Shown here piece by piece: positions 18,059-27,388 of a stretch of DNA of 50,190 nt. Positions within the stretch are counted from its first letter, which is position 1, and every line of letters starts with the position of its first letter. The notes beneath the pieces are model-generated. The model did not search any database, had not been told where the DNA came from, and saw only the letters and a program-made list of their open reading frames with translations. Both the position numbers and the translations under genes were made by a program. The DNA lies in the NCBI GenBank assembly GCA_016839785.1, contig JAEOTQ010000135.1, forward strand, positions 1-50,190. Reading direction: 5' to 3'. This DNA comes from Candidatus Hodarchaeota archaeon (GTDB taxonomy: Archaea; Asgardarchaeota; Heimdallarchaeia; Hodarchaeales; Hodarchaeaceae).

Positions 18059-18907
18059 TCAAGCTTTACCTTTCGGTGCCTTCACAAGTCGCTTCCACAA
18101 AGTTGGCCAGAGAGGGATTAGTAGCAGTACTGTTGCTAATATTGGTGCCATAAAGAACATTGAGAATTTGTTGAAGCTAAGAGACGAGGCCATCGCCACA
18201 GGATAACCTGCAACTACTCCAAGAAGTGCTGCACCTATAGTTAAGATTCGTACCAAATCTTTTTCAGGCCGACGCAAGATTCCGATTGTCACAACGCCAA
18301 ATCCAGTAGCTGCAATCCAATTAACACGTTGTAATGCTTTGAATACTGAATGTAAGGTCACTAAAGGATCTGGTATGGGGGGATAAGCCTCTGGACTCGG
18401 TGGATAGAGATACATCCGATTTGTACTAGCGATTCCATTCAAGAAACACATGACATATGCTATTCCTGTGATTAAAGCAAATAATATCGTGATCCAAGGA
18501 ACTTTTTCGACATATCGATTTAGTACAAAGAATATGAACAGGTTTGGAAGGAATATGAGTCCCCAAAGTGGGATTAATCCCATCTGCATGGCAGGTATCG
18601 TTGGCCAAAATCCTGCAAGGAGACAAAGAGTATTTCCAACCACAGCAAATGAAACTGACCATTCTTCATCTGTATAAAATCCATACGCACTTAAAGCAAA
18701 CAAAATTCCGCCAATGAAACTGAGATCAAAGATATAAGGTAGAAAATCCTTGATTATAACTTCGCAACCTGATTCAGCAGCAAGGTTAGTCATCTCTTCG
18801 AGGATGTAAGGTTCATAGGTGAATATAAAAAGGCCTAAACCGCCCACGATTCCTACTACAGCTCCAAAGAATGAGAGGAGAAATCCTAATCGTTGATTAT
18901 TATCCAT
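18059..18907 (-). CDS. Polytopic membrane protein (about 8 TM), unknown function
   Basis: Long hydrophobic ORF, apparently two 4-helix halves. Confidence 0.75.
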   Translation of the reverse strand: MDNNQRLGFLLSFFGAVVGIVGGLGLFIFTYEPYILEEMTNLAAESGCEVIIKDFLPYIFDLSFIGGILFALSAYGFYTDEEWSVSFAVVGNTLCLLAGFWPTIPAMQMGLIPLWGLIFLPNLFIFFVLNRYVEKVPWITILFALITGIAYVMCFLNGIASTNRMYLYPPSPEAYPPIPDPLVTLHSVFKALQRVNWIAATGFGVVTIGILRRPEKDLVRILTIGAALLGVVAGYPVAMASSLSFNKFSMFFMAPILATVLLLIPLWPTLWKRLVKAPKGKA

Positions 18908-18962
18908 TTGAAATCATCTATAATACGTTTATCGTAATAATTATGATCTGAAACTGGTATAA

Positions 18963-19030
18963 CAACTTATAGTGGTTATATTATATAGTTTTCACTCAAC
19001 TTTCCACAACATTATGTTGAAAACTATATA
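18963..19030. promoter_or_regulatory. Back-to-back BRE/TATA promoters with candidate operators
   Basis: 13-bp perfect inverted repeat TATATAGTTTTCA (18982-18994) / TGAAAACTATATA (19018-19030); palindrome CAACAT-T-ATGTTG (19007-19019) and degenerate CAAC-N5-GTGG (18963-18975). Confidence 0.6.
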
Positions 19031-19053
19031 TAGTACGAGAGGTAATCCTATGA

Positions 19054-19905
19054 TTGGAGGTTCATCTGGTGACAGAAACTGAATTTCATGAAATTACCCC
19101 TGAAGAACTTGAAGTATTTGGTTTATCGAGTTATGAATCACGGGTTTATCTCTCATTATTATCTTCGGGGATACGAACGGCAAAAGATATTTCTAGTGAT
19201 TCCAAAATTCCGTTTGGAAGAATTTATGATGTCCTAAGTTCCTTAGAAGATAAGGGGCTTGTTGATCGACAGGAGTCAAGGCCTAAGAAATTCGCTGCCA
19301 AGGATCCTAAATCCGCATTAAAGAATCTCTTGAATATTAAAAATATGGAACTTGAATCAATCCCACAGATAGCTGTCCTAGTCGAGGAAAAATTAGCGAA
19401 TTTGCATGCCATTAAGCCAGAGGAAAGTTTATTCTGGAGTGTCGCTCTTGGTGAAAAAGCTATTGGCCAGTATATTGAAAAGATAAGTGAAGCGAAAAAA
19501 GAGCTTAAAACGATAATAAATTTGCGAGTCGCCTCACGTATGCCTCAAAGAAATATAATTATGACCTTAATCGATACAATTACAATATTAAATTCGAATG
19601 GAGTTTCTGTTAAAGTTCTATTGAGCGGAGTATCACCTGGGAGTTTGGAAGAAGAATATATGGCTTCTATTGCTAAATTTTTTGACGTATTTGACAGGAA
19701 AATTGTCAGATATTGTCTAAAATGCACAACTGCTTTTGATGTCATCGATAACGAGAAAGTTATTGTAAAGGTGATGAATCCTGTCAAACCCGATGAGTTT
19801 TTTGCTTGGATATTTGTTTGGCAGAAAAAGTTTGCAGAAGAATTAGAGCCAAAATTCCAAGAAATGTGGTTAAATGCTCATGAGCTAAAGATTGAGCTGA
19901 AGTGA
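19054..19905 (+). CDS. TrmB family transcriptional regulator
   Basis: FGLSSYESRVY.SLL, IP..RIYDVL.SLE.KGLV, RPKKF.A.DP; C-terminal effector domain with VID..KV. Confidence 0.92.
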   Translation: MEVHLVTETEFHEITPEELEVFGLSSYESRVYLSLLSSGIRTAKDISSDSKIPFGRIYDVLSSLEDKGLVDRQESRPKKFAAKDPKSALKNLLNIKNMELESIPQIAVLVEEKLANLHAIKPEESLFWSVALGEKAIGQYIEKISEAKKELKTIINLRVASRMPQRNIIMTLIDTITILNSNGVSVKVLLSGVSPGSLEEEYMASIAKFFDVFDRKIVRYCLKCTTAFDVIDNEKVIVKVMNPVKPDEFFAWIFVWQKKFAEELEPKFQEMWLNAHELKIELK

Positions 19906-19911
19906 AGACCC

Positions 19912-20304
19912 CTAAATTACAAATAATACGATGGAAATGACTGAAACCACACTCCAAATCTTCAGCGCATCATTTTTCCGGAATTTCCCGTAATCAAGCA
20001 ATCCATTCAGGAATATCAACGCTATTGCTATTATAAACAATTGGGGAGTTATAAAAATCGATAAAAGAGCTATCAGTATCAGTAAGAGGCCAAGAACGAG
20101 CATTTGAATCACTTTATGTCTTACTATTTCATCAGCAACTTCAACTGGGAGTTCTCTTCCGTGTTGGATTCTAGGAAGCTTAAGATTATTAGTGAAAAGA
20201 TAGAAAGTATTAGTGATAGTTTCAAATATTCCAAAGAGGATACCAAATAGGCCGATGTTTAATGCTTGAATCAATGTTAGTTGGGTGTTAGTCATAAGAA
20301 TCAC
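19912..20304 (-). CDS. Small membrane protein, unknown function
   Basis: Hydrophobic ORF with a QHGRELP loop. Confidence 0.7.
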   Translation of the reverse strand: MILMTNTQLTLIQALNIGLFGILFGIFETITNTFYLFTNNLKLPRIQHGRELPVEVADEIVRHKVIQMLVLGLLLILIALLSIFITPQLFIIAIALIFLNGLLDYGKFRKNDALKIWSVVSVISIVLFVI

Positions 20305-20441
20305 GATTCGACAAATTAAGGATAGTCAATGAAATCAATATCGTGATAGTTTAATATCTCCCAAATTCCCCAAGTGAGAATTACTTCAAAGAGGAAGAAC
20401 TAGACTTGTAGATAGCTCGGATCGATAGATCATCAGTTGGA

Positions 20442-20807
20442 TTAAAATTGGACGATTTCATGAACGTTTCCGAAAGGATCTTTAAACGCGTTGAATAGCC
20501 CTGCGGGAAATGTAACCGCTTCATTGTAAATAAAAATTACGCCCTTACCCTTAAGATCTTCCATTGTTTTCTCTAAGTTGTTGGTTTTAAAAATAATTAT
20601 AGATTGGGCCTGATTTGGGTAATCAATAACAGTTTGTTTTTCTACCTTATATAATAGTAATCTGATATCTCCTTTTTGGACTAAGTCGACAGCCCTAGAA
20701 GGATAATAATGATCTTCAGAGATTTCAAAACCTAAAATCTCGGTATACCATTTGATTGCTTCGTTTAGATCTGTAACATTGATTTGATTCATAGCAATTT
20801 CTAACAA
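20442..20807 (-). CDS. VOC/glyoxalase family protein
   Basis: V.DL.EAI.WY.EILGF, FKDPFGNVHE; GAGGTGA SD with TTG start. Confidence 0.9.
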   Translation of the reverse strand: MLEIAMNQINVTDLNEAIKWYTEILGFEISEDHYYPSRAVDLVQKGDIRLLLYKVEKQTVIDYPNQAQSIIIFKTNNLEKTMEDLKGKGVIFIYNEAVTFPAGLFNAFKDPFGNVHEIVQF

Positions 20808-21016
20808 TAAAATTCACCTCTATGCCCTTGCATCTTGAAATGTATTCTCTGTTATGTAAATTCTCAATAAATAACTATTGATTAGGGCAAAAGGATTATT
20901 CCAATCTGTAAGAGTAATAACAATATTTCAGTTAATCTACTCATCGAGTTTCACAAACAATGTTGAATTAATTGAGAGCTAGCCAATCTAAATGTTATAA
21001 TCTATGTTGAATCTGA

Positions 21017-21706
21017 TTAAAAGAGACTAGATTTAATTCGATGACGCCAAATTCCATAACTCTGGATCAAAAAACATGCGAGAAGACTATAAACAACGAT
21101 TTTTTGCATACTCACCCTTAATACTAGGTCCTCATAAGTTATAATTTGAGGTATTATAAAAAACAAACCCCCATATGCGAGTATAATAGCAATAAGTGCA
21201 ATGTAGATTATTGTGTATACTTTTGAAAAAGCAGGATCTTTTACCGTTAGGAAAAGTAATATTCCCAAGACTACTGAAACAAGTGTAAATCCAGTTACCA
21301 CCAATGCATCATGGATTATCATGATTAAATTTGCTGGAGTGAATGCAACTCCAATAAACGCAAACGCAGTGATAATCCCGATTTTTGCAACTATCCTACT
21401 CAAGTACTGTTCTTCTTCCGTACTATTAAATATTTCAGGAATTAATCGGAAATAGACGAAAAAGGTGAACCCTAGTCCAACTAAAGCTGCAATAAATAAT
21501 ATATTAGAGATTAAATTAGCCCTCCCAGAGTACGCGACAGTTCTTCCTAAATCACTAAAAAAATTGATCAAAAAACCATAGCCCTGAGTTGTTTCATCAA
21601 TTCGTGTTCCTCCAGTATAAAATATCATGGCTATAAAGGTCAATACAATGAACTGGAGGGTTCCTCCAATTACCAAAGGAAATATCTTCTCTTTTTGCAG
21701 ATCCAA
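21017..21706 (-). CDS. DUF998-like integral membrane protein
   Basis: Y.F..NFFSDLG, GVAFTP...IHD, QK in last helix; about 6 TM. Confidence 0.7.
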   Translation of the reverse strand: MDLQKEKIFPLVIGGTLQFIVLTFIAMIFYTGGTRIDETTQGYGFLINFFSDLGRTVAYSGRANLISNILFIAALVGLGFTFFVYFRLIPEIFNSTEEEQYLSRIVAKIGIITAFAFIGVAFTPANLIMIIHDALVVTGFTLVSVVLGILLFLTVKDPAFSKVYTIIYIALIAIILAYGGLFFIIPQIITYEDLVLRVSMQKIVVYSLLACFLIQSYGIWRHRIKSSLF

Positions 21707-21767
21707 CTTCGAGCCTCTTGTGTGATGATTGCCTAAATCCTTTTTTACATATTTGGAATGAGGAAAT

Positions 21768-22589
21768 ATGAGAAGAATAAATCAGTTTTTAGGATATTTT
21801 CTAATGGTTGGAAGATGGTTACAAACCGATTACAACGACGTTCATTACAATTTAGCTCTTGAGCAGGCAATTCTCTATCTCCATTCTCGAAGTAATTTTT
21901 CTGCAACTCTTCGGTTTTGGACTAACCCCAAAGCGATTATTTTGGGACGAAGTCAACAAATTGAGGAGGAAATTGATGTTTTATATTGTTCAGAGAATGA
22001 TATAACCATAGGACGACGAATTTCTGGAGGGGGAACTGTTTTTCATGATCCAGGAAATCTTAACATCTCAATCTTCTTACCGAAGAAAATATTATTTCCC
22101 AAAGCCCAGAATACGAGTTCTATATCAAAAGTATTCTCAAATTTAGTGGTGGAATGTTTGAAATCAGAATTAGACACAGATTCCTTTTCCCTCTATAAGG
22201 AAACTGCAATAATTTTCAATAATAAGAAAATCTCTGGATCTGCAGGATATTTCAGAAGTGCTTGGTTTCTTCACCATCTAACCCTACTTCTTCATTCTAA
22301 TTTATCTCATCTAAATAATGCTCTTCTTGCTGGAAAAGACGATTACTCAAGTAAAAGACCAAGTAATTATTTTCCCACGACAAATTTACCTTCCCTGTCG
22401 AAGCTTAATCTTATTCAACGTGTCATCAAACGGTTAGAAGAGGAATTCTCACTACATCTCGAGGTAAATTCTATTACTGACTCAGAAAATAAGTTAGCAA
22501 CGCGTCTGAAGGATGAAATGTATTCCCAGAGGTCATGGATCTGGATGAAGAAGAGGACTTTAGTTGAACAAGAATTTAACTTTATTTAA
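21768..22589 (+). CDS. lplA: Lipoate-protein ligase A family protein (catalytic domain)
   Basis: NLALE, LRFW.N..IILG..Q, RRISGGGTVFHD.GNLN, KKISGSA, HHLTLL. Confidence 0.9.
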   Translation: MRRINQFLGYFLMVGRWLQTDYNDVHYNLALEQAILYLHSRSNFSATLRFWTNPKAIILGRSQQIEEEIDVLYCSENDITIGRRISGGGTVFHDPGNLNISIFLPKKILFPKAQNTSSISKVFSNLVVECLKSELDTDSFSLYKETAIIFNNKKISGSAGYFRSAWFLHHLTLLLHSNLSHLNNALLAGKDDYSSKRPSNYFPTTNLPSLSKLNLIQRVIKRLEEEFSLHLEVNSITDSENKLATRLKDEMYSQRSWIWMKKRTLVEQEFNFI

Positions 22590-22594
22590 TTTCT

Positions 22595-23917
22595 TCATTT
22601 TTTCACCTTAACAAGCGTTACCTGATGAATCGCTTTATTGAGAGCCGCATCAGCTGCTTCCATGATCATTTCAGGTAATGTAAGATGAGAGTGAATCGTA
22701 AAACTAAGATCTTCAACTGTTGCACCCATTTCAAGGGCCAGAGCAATCTCAGAAATTAGGTTCAACGCATCCGAACCGATAATTTGCACTCCCAAAAGCT
22801 GACCAGTAGCTTTGTCGGCAATCACTTTAACATATCCATCTTCGGCCATTTGAGTCATTGCTCTTGGATAGGTACCAAAAGCTTCCTCTAAGTGCCATGG
22901 AAGATTACTATACACGTCTGAAAAGAGAGTATTGATTGGAGGAGGACTATATTTCTCTGCTTTGGAAATTAAATTGTTGATTTCATAATCAAAAGAACCA
23001 CGTATTTCTTTTGCATGACCATTTTTAAGGAAATTCTTCGAATATAAGTATTTTTCAAATCGAGTGATAGGATCTAACTTTTTCCATTTCTCTAGGTCTT
23101 TCTTTGGTTGAAATCGTGTTGGATCATCCGAGGATGTATGGGGTCCCGCACGGTAAGTTATTGCTTCAATAAAAGTTGGTCCTCCTCCAGCTCGAGCACG
23201 TTGAGCAGCATCGTGTACAGCGTGGTAGACTGCAAGTATATCATTTCCATCTATTTGGATTCTAGGTAATCCATAACCACTTGCTTTATCTACGAGTGAA
23301 GCTGCACCAGTTTGTTTTGATAACGGAACCGAAATTGCCCAGTGATTATTTTGACAGAAAAAGATGGTAGGAGTCTTAAACACTGCCCCAAAATTTAGCC
23401 CTGAATGAAAATCACTTGAAGATGTCGCTCCATCTCCAAAGAAGACGATATTAACAAATTTTTCTTTCAGATACTTATGTGCAAACCCTGCTCCAGCTGC
23501 TTGGATAATCTGAGTTCCTATCGGTGCTGAAGGATTGACGTATCGGTATTGCTTGGATCCAAATAGGCCAGGCAATCTCCGACCTTTTTAAGGATCTTTC
23601 TCATTAAGGAACCAGTGATTAATCAAATCAGCAAGGGGTAACCCTCGATAAAAAGCCATTCCAGGTTCTCGATATGCGGGGAAAATCCAATCTTCTGGAC
23701 TCAATGCCGCAGCAGCTCCTATCTGAGTAGCTTCTTGACCAGTACTTGGAATATTAAAACTAATCCTACCTTGTCGCTGCAAACGCATACCTTTTTCATC
23801 TAAAAGTCGAACAAGGATCATATATTCAAACATTTTCACTAATTGCTTCTCAGGAATATTAGGTTCCAATTCAGAATTAACATTCCCCGAGGAATCTAGG
23901 ATTTGCAACATGCTCAC
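22595..23917 (-). pseudogene. pdhA: 2-oxoacid (pyruvate/branched-chain) dehydrogenase E1-alpha with an in-frame TAA, fused to the C-terminal interface domain of dihydrolipoamide dehydrogenase (E3)
   Basis: LQRQGRI, GQEA, FPAYRE, then DP*KGRRLP (TAA at 23588-23590, same frame), GDGATS...NNHWAIS, HTSSDD; after LPWHLEE the frame switches to E3-type GYVKVIAD...LLGVQIIG...LALEMGAT...IHSHLTLPE. Confidence 0.9.
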
Positions 23918-24128
23918 AGTAGTATCCCTCGATTAATATTTCTCAACAATAGTTAATATTTCTATATGGGAGGTTTTCGTAAAAAAAAGGGACCCGTCAG
24001 ATCGAGTTTTTCTTTTTCGTAATCAAAAAAACTTAAACAAATAGTCAAGAACATTTAACTACTAAATGGATTATCAATGCATTCATATTATTTGTTGATT
24101 TCTATTTCTAGGGTTTGGTGACCAAGTT

Positions 24129-24317
24129 TTGGTTCATAAAGAGAATTTTAATTTTCCAAAAACTGATTCTGCTATTTTAGAACGATTTTCGAGTGACGAA
24201 CTGTGGATTCATTTTGTAGAAAAGAAATGCCAAGAGTGCGGCCTACCCGAAGACAAATGCAACGAACTAAAAGCACGAAATTGTTATGATGAATGGTTCC
24301 AGAGTTGTGATGATTAA
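24129..24317 (+). CDS. Small Cys-rich protein (C-x2-C-x6-C-x7-C)
   Basis: GGTGA SD at 24117-24121, TTG start, non-overlapping, stops 6 bp from the convergent rpiA. Confidence 0.55.
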   Translation: MVHKENFNFPKTDSAILERFSSDELWIHFVEKKCQECGLPEDKCNELKARNCYDEWFQSCDD

Positions 24318-24323
24318 GTAATA

Positions 24324-25034
24324 TCATTCTTTAGTGATAATTTCAACTCGTCCATCTTTTTGACCAATATAGGCCTTTTTCACCATATTTATGAATAATC
24401 CCGAATCTATCACACCAGTTAACGATTTTATTTGAGAAGATAGCTTTTCTGGATTATTTATTTTTCCAAAATCGACATCCAAAATGAAGTTTCCATTATC
24501 AGTAACAAGGGGGCCAATTTTCGATATTCCTTGCCTTAATGCTGCTTTTCCCCCCATTTTTTCAAACTTCAGGATGAGTGGAAGCTGGGCTTCGGGAATT
24601 ATCTCAACAGGAACTCCTTGAGTCCAATTTTTACCCAAATGGGTTGATACTTTCCTCCAATCAGCGATGATAATGAGATTCTTTGCATTGATCCCAACTA
24701 TCTTTTCTTGGACTAGACATCCTCCTCCTCCCTTGATTACGCTCAATTCAGAGGTGATTTCATCTGCACCATCTATTGCCACGTCAAGTACTGGATACTG
24801 ATCTAATGATCCTAGAGGTAATTTATGATCAAATATCAATCCCTTGGCTTGGTAGGATGTTGGAATACACACTATTTGCCAACCATTTTTGCTAACCAGG
24901 GATGCTAATTCACGGACAGCGTATATAATTGTCGAACCACTACCCACTCCAATTACCATGTTATTTTTTACAGTTTCCTTTACTGCTAATATTGCTGCAG
25001 TCTTTTTGGCTTGTTCTACTGAATCTTGATCCAA
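24324..25034 (-). CDS. rpiA: Ribose-5-phosphate isomerase A
   Basis: GVGSGST, DGADE, KGGGG, VTDNGNFILD. Confidence 0.97.
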   Translation of the reverse strand: MDQDSVEQAKKTAAILAVKETVKNNMVIGVGSGSTIIYAVRELASLVSKNGWQIVCIPTSYQAKGLIFDHKLPLGSLDQYPVLDVAIDGADEITSELSVIKGGGGCLVQEKIVGINAKNLIIIADWRKVSTHLGKNWTQGVPVEIIPEAQLPLILKFEKMGGKAALRQGISKIGPLVTDNGNFILDVDFGKINNPEKLSSQIKSLTGVIDSGLFINMVKKAYIGQKDGRVEIITKE

Positions 25035-25081
25035 GGAAGCCTCTCCTGAAATTTCATTCTCCTTTAGTATCCCACCAGATG

Positions 25082-26845
25082 TTATTCTTTGGATTGATCT
25101 TCAGCTTTTAAGACACGTCTTAATACTTTCCCAATATCAGAGAGAGGTAATTCTGAACGTATCTCAATATACCGTTCGTCATGTGGTTGTTTATATTTCA
25201 CTAATTTTCTTCTTGTATACTCGAGAATTTCTTCCTTAGTTATATCGACATTTGGTTTGGGAACAATAAAGAGTTTAACAGTTTCACCTACTGAAGGGTG
25301 AGTTACTCCAATGCACGCAGCATTGGAAATTTTCGGGTGTTCAATCATCACCTCTTCAATTTCTCGTGGGTATGCCTTAAATCCACCAACGTTGATCAAA
25401 TCCTTTTTCCTGTCTGTAATATAGAAATAATGATCCGAATCATACTTGCCTATATCTCCAGTCAGAAAATATCGCTTTCCATCAATTTCTCTCATAACAT
25501 CGGCCGTTTCTTTAGGTTTTTTGTAATAACCTTTCATTACTTGAGGTCCAGAGATGGCTATTTCACCTTCAATATCAATCCCTAGTTTTTTTGTCCCTGT
25601 TTCAATATCAAGTACAATAGAATCAGTATCAGGGAATGGAATTCCTACAGACCCGTCCTTTTTTAGTGGTTTATCTGTACCTGGAGCCGGAGACATAGGA
25701 ATACTATGAGAGACAGGTGATGTTTCAGTTAGACCATATCCCTCTGCAAGATTAGCTCCTGATAATCTTTCGAATTCCTGTAATACTGAGACGGGTAGAG
25801 GAGCTGCTCCACTTGTGCTGGTCAACAAATTACTTAAGTCATAATTTTTCAAATCTGGATGATTGAGTAAGGCCATGTAGAGAGTTGGAACTGTATTGAA
25901 AATTTGCACCTTGTATTTTTCAAGTAGATAGAGAATTTGACTGAACTTATTTTCACGTGGATCAAGCATTAAAACTATCAGGCCTCCATAATATACTCCC
26001 AAGTTCATTGTTGTAGTAGCACCATAACTGTGAAAAAATGGCAAACTACCAATACTAATTGTTGTCCCCTTTTCCGGAGCTGGATCCATCCAAACAGAAC
26101 ACTGTATAACATTACACACGAGATTTCTATGGGTTAACATGGCTCCTTTAGGTGTTCCAGTCGTACCTCCCGTAAACATGATTACAGCAATGTCATCAGG
26201 TTTAATGGACACTCTCGGACGATTTTCGGGATGATATTTCACAAAAATGTCTTTCAAATAGATATCGCGTTGATCATGACGACTTATTTTTCCCGTCAAC
26301 CCTCCCAAAACCGCTTTTACCCTAGAAAGATAAGGTTTAACGCTAGCCACTACAATAAATTCTAAGGGGGTTTTTCCCTTATCTCTTACCTCTTTACAAA
26401 TCTCATAAGGGGAAGCTGCCTTTGTGATCATGTCTGCACATACAATCCCGCGTGCCTCACTTTGAATAAGCTGTCCAGCCAGCTCACTTGCAGGATATTG
26501 GAAATTTAAGCTAACGACTGTTGCTCCTGCTTTCAAAATTCCATAATAAGCAACTACAAATTCCACCATATTTGGTAAAAAAACTGCTACTTTGTCTCCC
26601 TGTTTAATTCCTTTCTCAACTAAAAAAGAGGCGAACCTATCCGTCTGATCTCCTAATTCTGCATAAGTTATCTTGTATATTCTATCGAAACTTGTGGTTT
26701 CGAGTAAAAGGGCATCATTCTCTGGAAAATCTTTCACTGCATCATCTAAAATTTTAAAAAGTGGAATTTGTGGATAGTCTATATTTTTCGGGACTTTTTC
26801 TGGATACAAAGGAATTTCAGTAGGATTTACCATTATTATTACCAC
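25082..26845 (-). CDS. fadD: Long-chain fatty acid-CoA ligase (ANL superfamily)
   Basis: FTGGTTGTPKG, EGYGLTETSP, GPQVMKGY, TGDIG, DRKKD, GKVLRR. Confidence 0.92.
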   Translation of the reverse strand: MVIIMVNPTEIPLYPEKVPKNIDYPQIPLFKILDDAVKDFPENDALLLETTSFDRIYKITYAELGDQTDRFASFLVEKGIKQGDKVAVFLPNMVEFVVAYYGILKAGATVVSLNFQYPASELAGQLIQSEARGIVCADMITKAASPYEICKEVRDKGKTPLEFIVVASVKPYLSRVKAVLGGLTGKISRHDQRDIYLKDIFVKYHPENRPRVSIKPDDIAVIMFTGGTTGTPKGAMLTHRNLVCNVIQCSVWMDPAPEKGTTISIGSLPFFHSYGATTTMNLGVYYGGLIVLMLDPRENKFSQILYLLEKYKVQIFNTVPTLYMALLNHPDLKNYDLSNLLTSTSGAAPLPVSVLQEFERLSGANLAEGYGLTETSPVSHSIPMSPAPGTDKPLKKDGSVGIPFPDTDSIVLDIETGTKKLGIDIEGEIAISGPQVMKGYYKKPKETADVMREIDGKRYFLTGDIGKYDSDHYFYITDRKKDLINVGGFKAYPREIEEVMIEHPKISNAACIGVTHPSVGETVKLFIVPKPNVDITKEEILEYTRRKLVKYKQPHDERYIEIRSELPLSDIGKVLRRVLKAEDQSKE

Positions 26846-27009
26846 TATTCTCTTTTATGACTTAATTTCCTACAATCAGATGACCAACTGTTAATAAAGT
26901 TAATTGGTGCATGACAATTTTGGTGCAAAAGATTTCTAGTTTTTATCCGCAAGTAACAACCTGAATAGCCTGTTTCATAAATAAAAAAGAATTTGGGAAT
27001 GGAAAATAT

Positions 27010-27150
27010 CTAATGCCAAGCCCATTTCTCTGTAGGCTCGATCTTAGGTTCCAGTCCATACTTTAATTCCAAAGGATGAAGTTTATCTTTATTGTGCAAT
27101 CCCTTCTTTAGATTCACATCATCCGTCTTTTCATCAGAGATTGGGTTCAC
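27010..27150 (-). CDS. Candidate 46-aa small protein (VNPISDEKTDDVNLKKGLHNKDKLHPLELKYGLEPKIEPTEKWAWH)
   Basis: Translated by hand; GTG start, open to TAG, followed by a T-rich tract; lies in an otherwise empty 540-bp gap. Confidence 0.45.
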   Translation of the reverse strand: MNPISDEKTDDVNLKKGLHNKDKLHPLELKYGLEPKIEPTEKWAWH

Positions 27151-27388
27151 CTTTTCTCATTCCAAGGACTTTCCAAGATTTAAGCTCACTCAAAGTCCCG
27201 GGATATAATGGAATATTTCTACTAATAAATAACGTTACTACCACAGTGCTACTAGGTCGAAATAGGAGAAATTGGAAACAATTATAAAGCAAGAAGAGTG
27301 TAATTTCAAGTCAGGAAAAGAACTCTGGTTTTTCAGGCCTCCTTGGTAAGTTCTTTTTAGTCCCTTCTAATTCTCTCTTAACTGTTGA

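Noticed and set aside
22595-23575. Novel functional E1-alpha-E3 fusion enzyme
   Set aside because: It lacks the E1-alpha N-terminus and the E3 FAD/NAD domains and has a mutated HPT motif, so it is best read as a deletion scar.
23588-23590. Programmed readthrough or recoding in E1-alpha
   Set aside because: The stop is TAA (not TGA/TAG), TAA ends many normal genes here, and other lesions indicate a pseudogene.
24300-24317. CaaX-type prenylation substrate (ends SCDD)
   Set aside because: Cys is third from the end and followed by acidic residues. None of the accepted CDSs ends in CaaX, CC or CxC.
27012-27180. RNase P/MRP-like RNA on the minus strand (GGAAAGTCC ... ACAGAGAAATGGGCTT)
   Set aside because: P4 pairing is short and imperfect, the region is AT-rich with no convincing P1 or other helices, and an open reading frame explains it better. 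An Infernal search would settle it.
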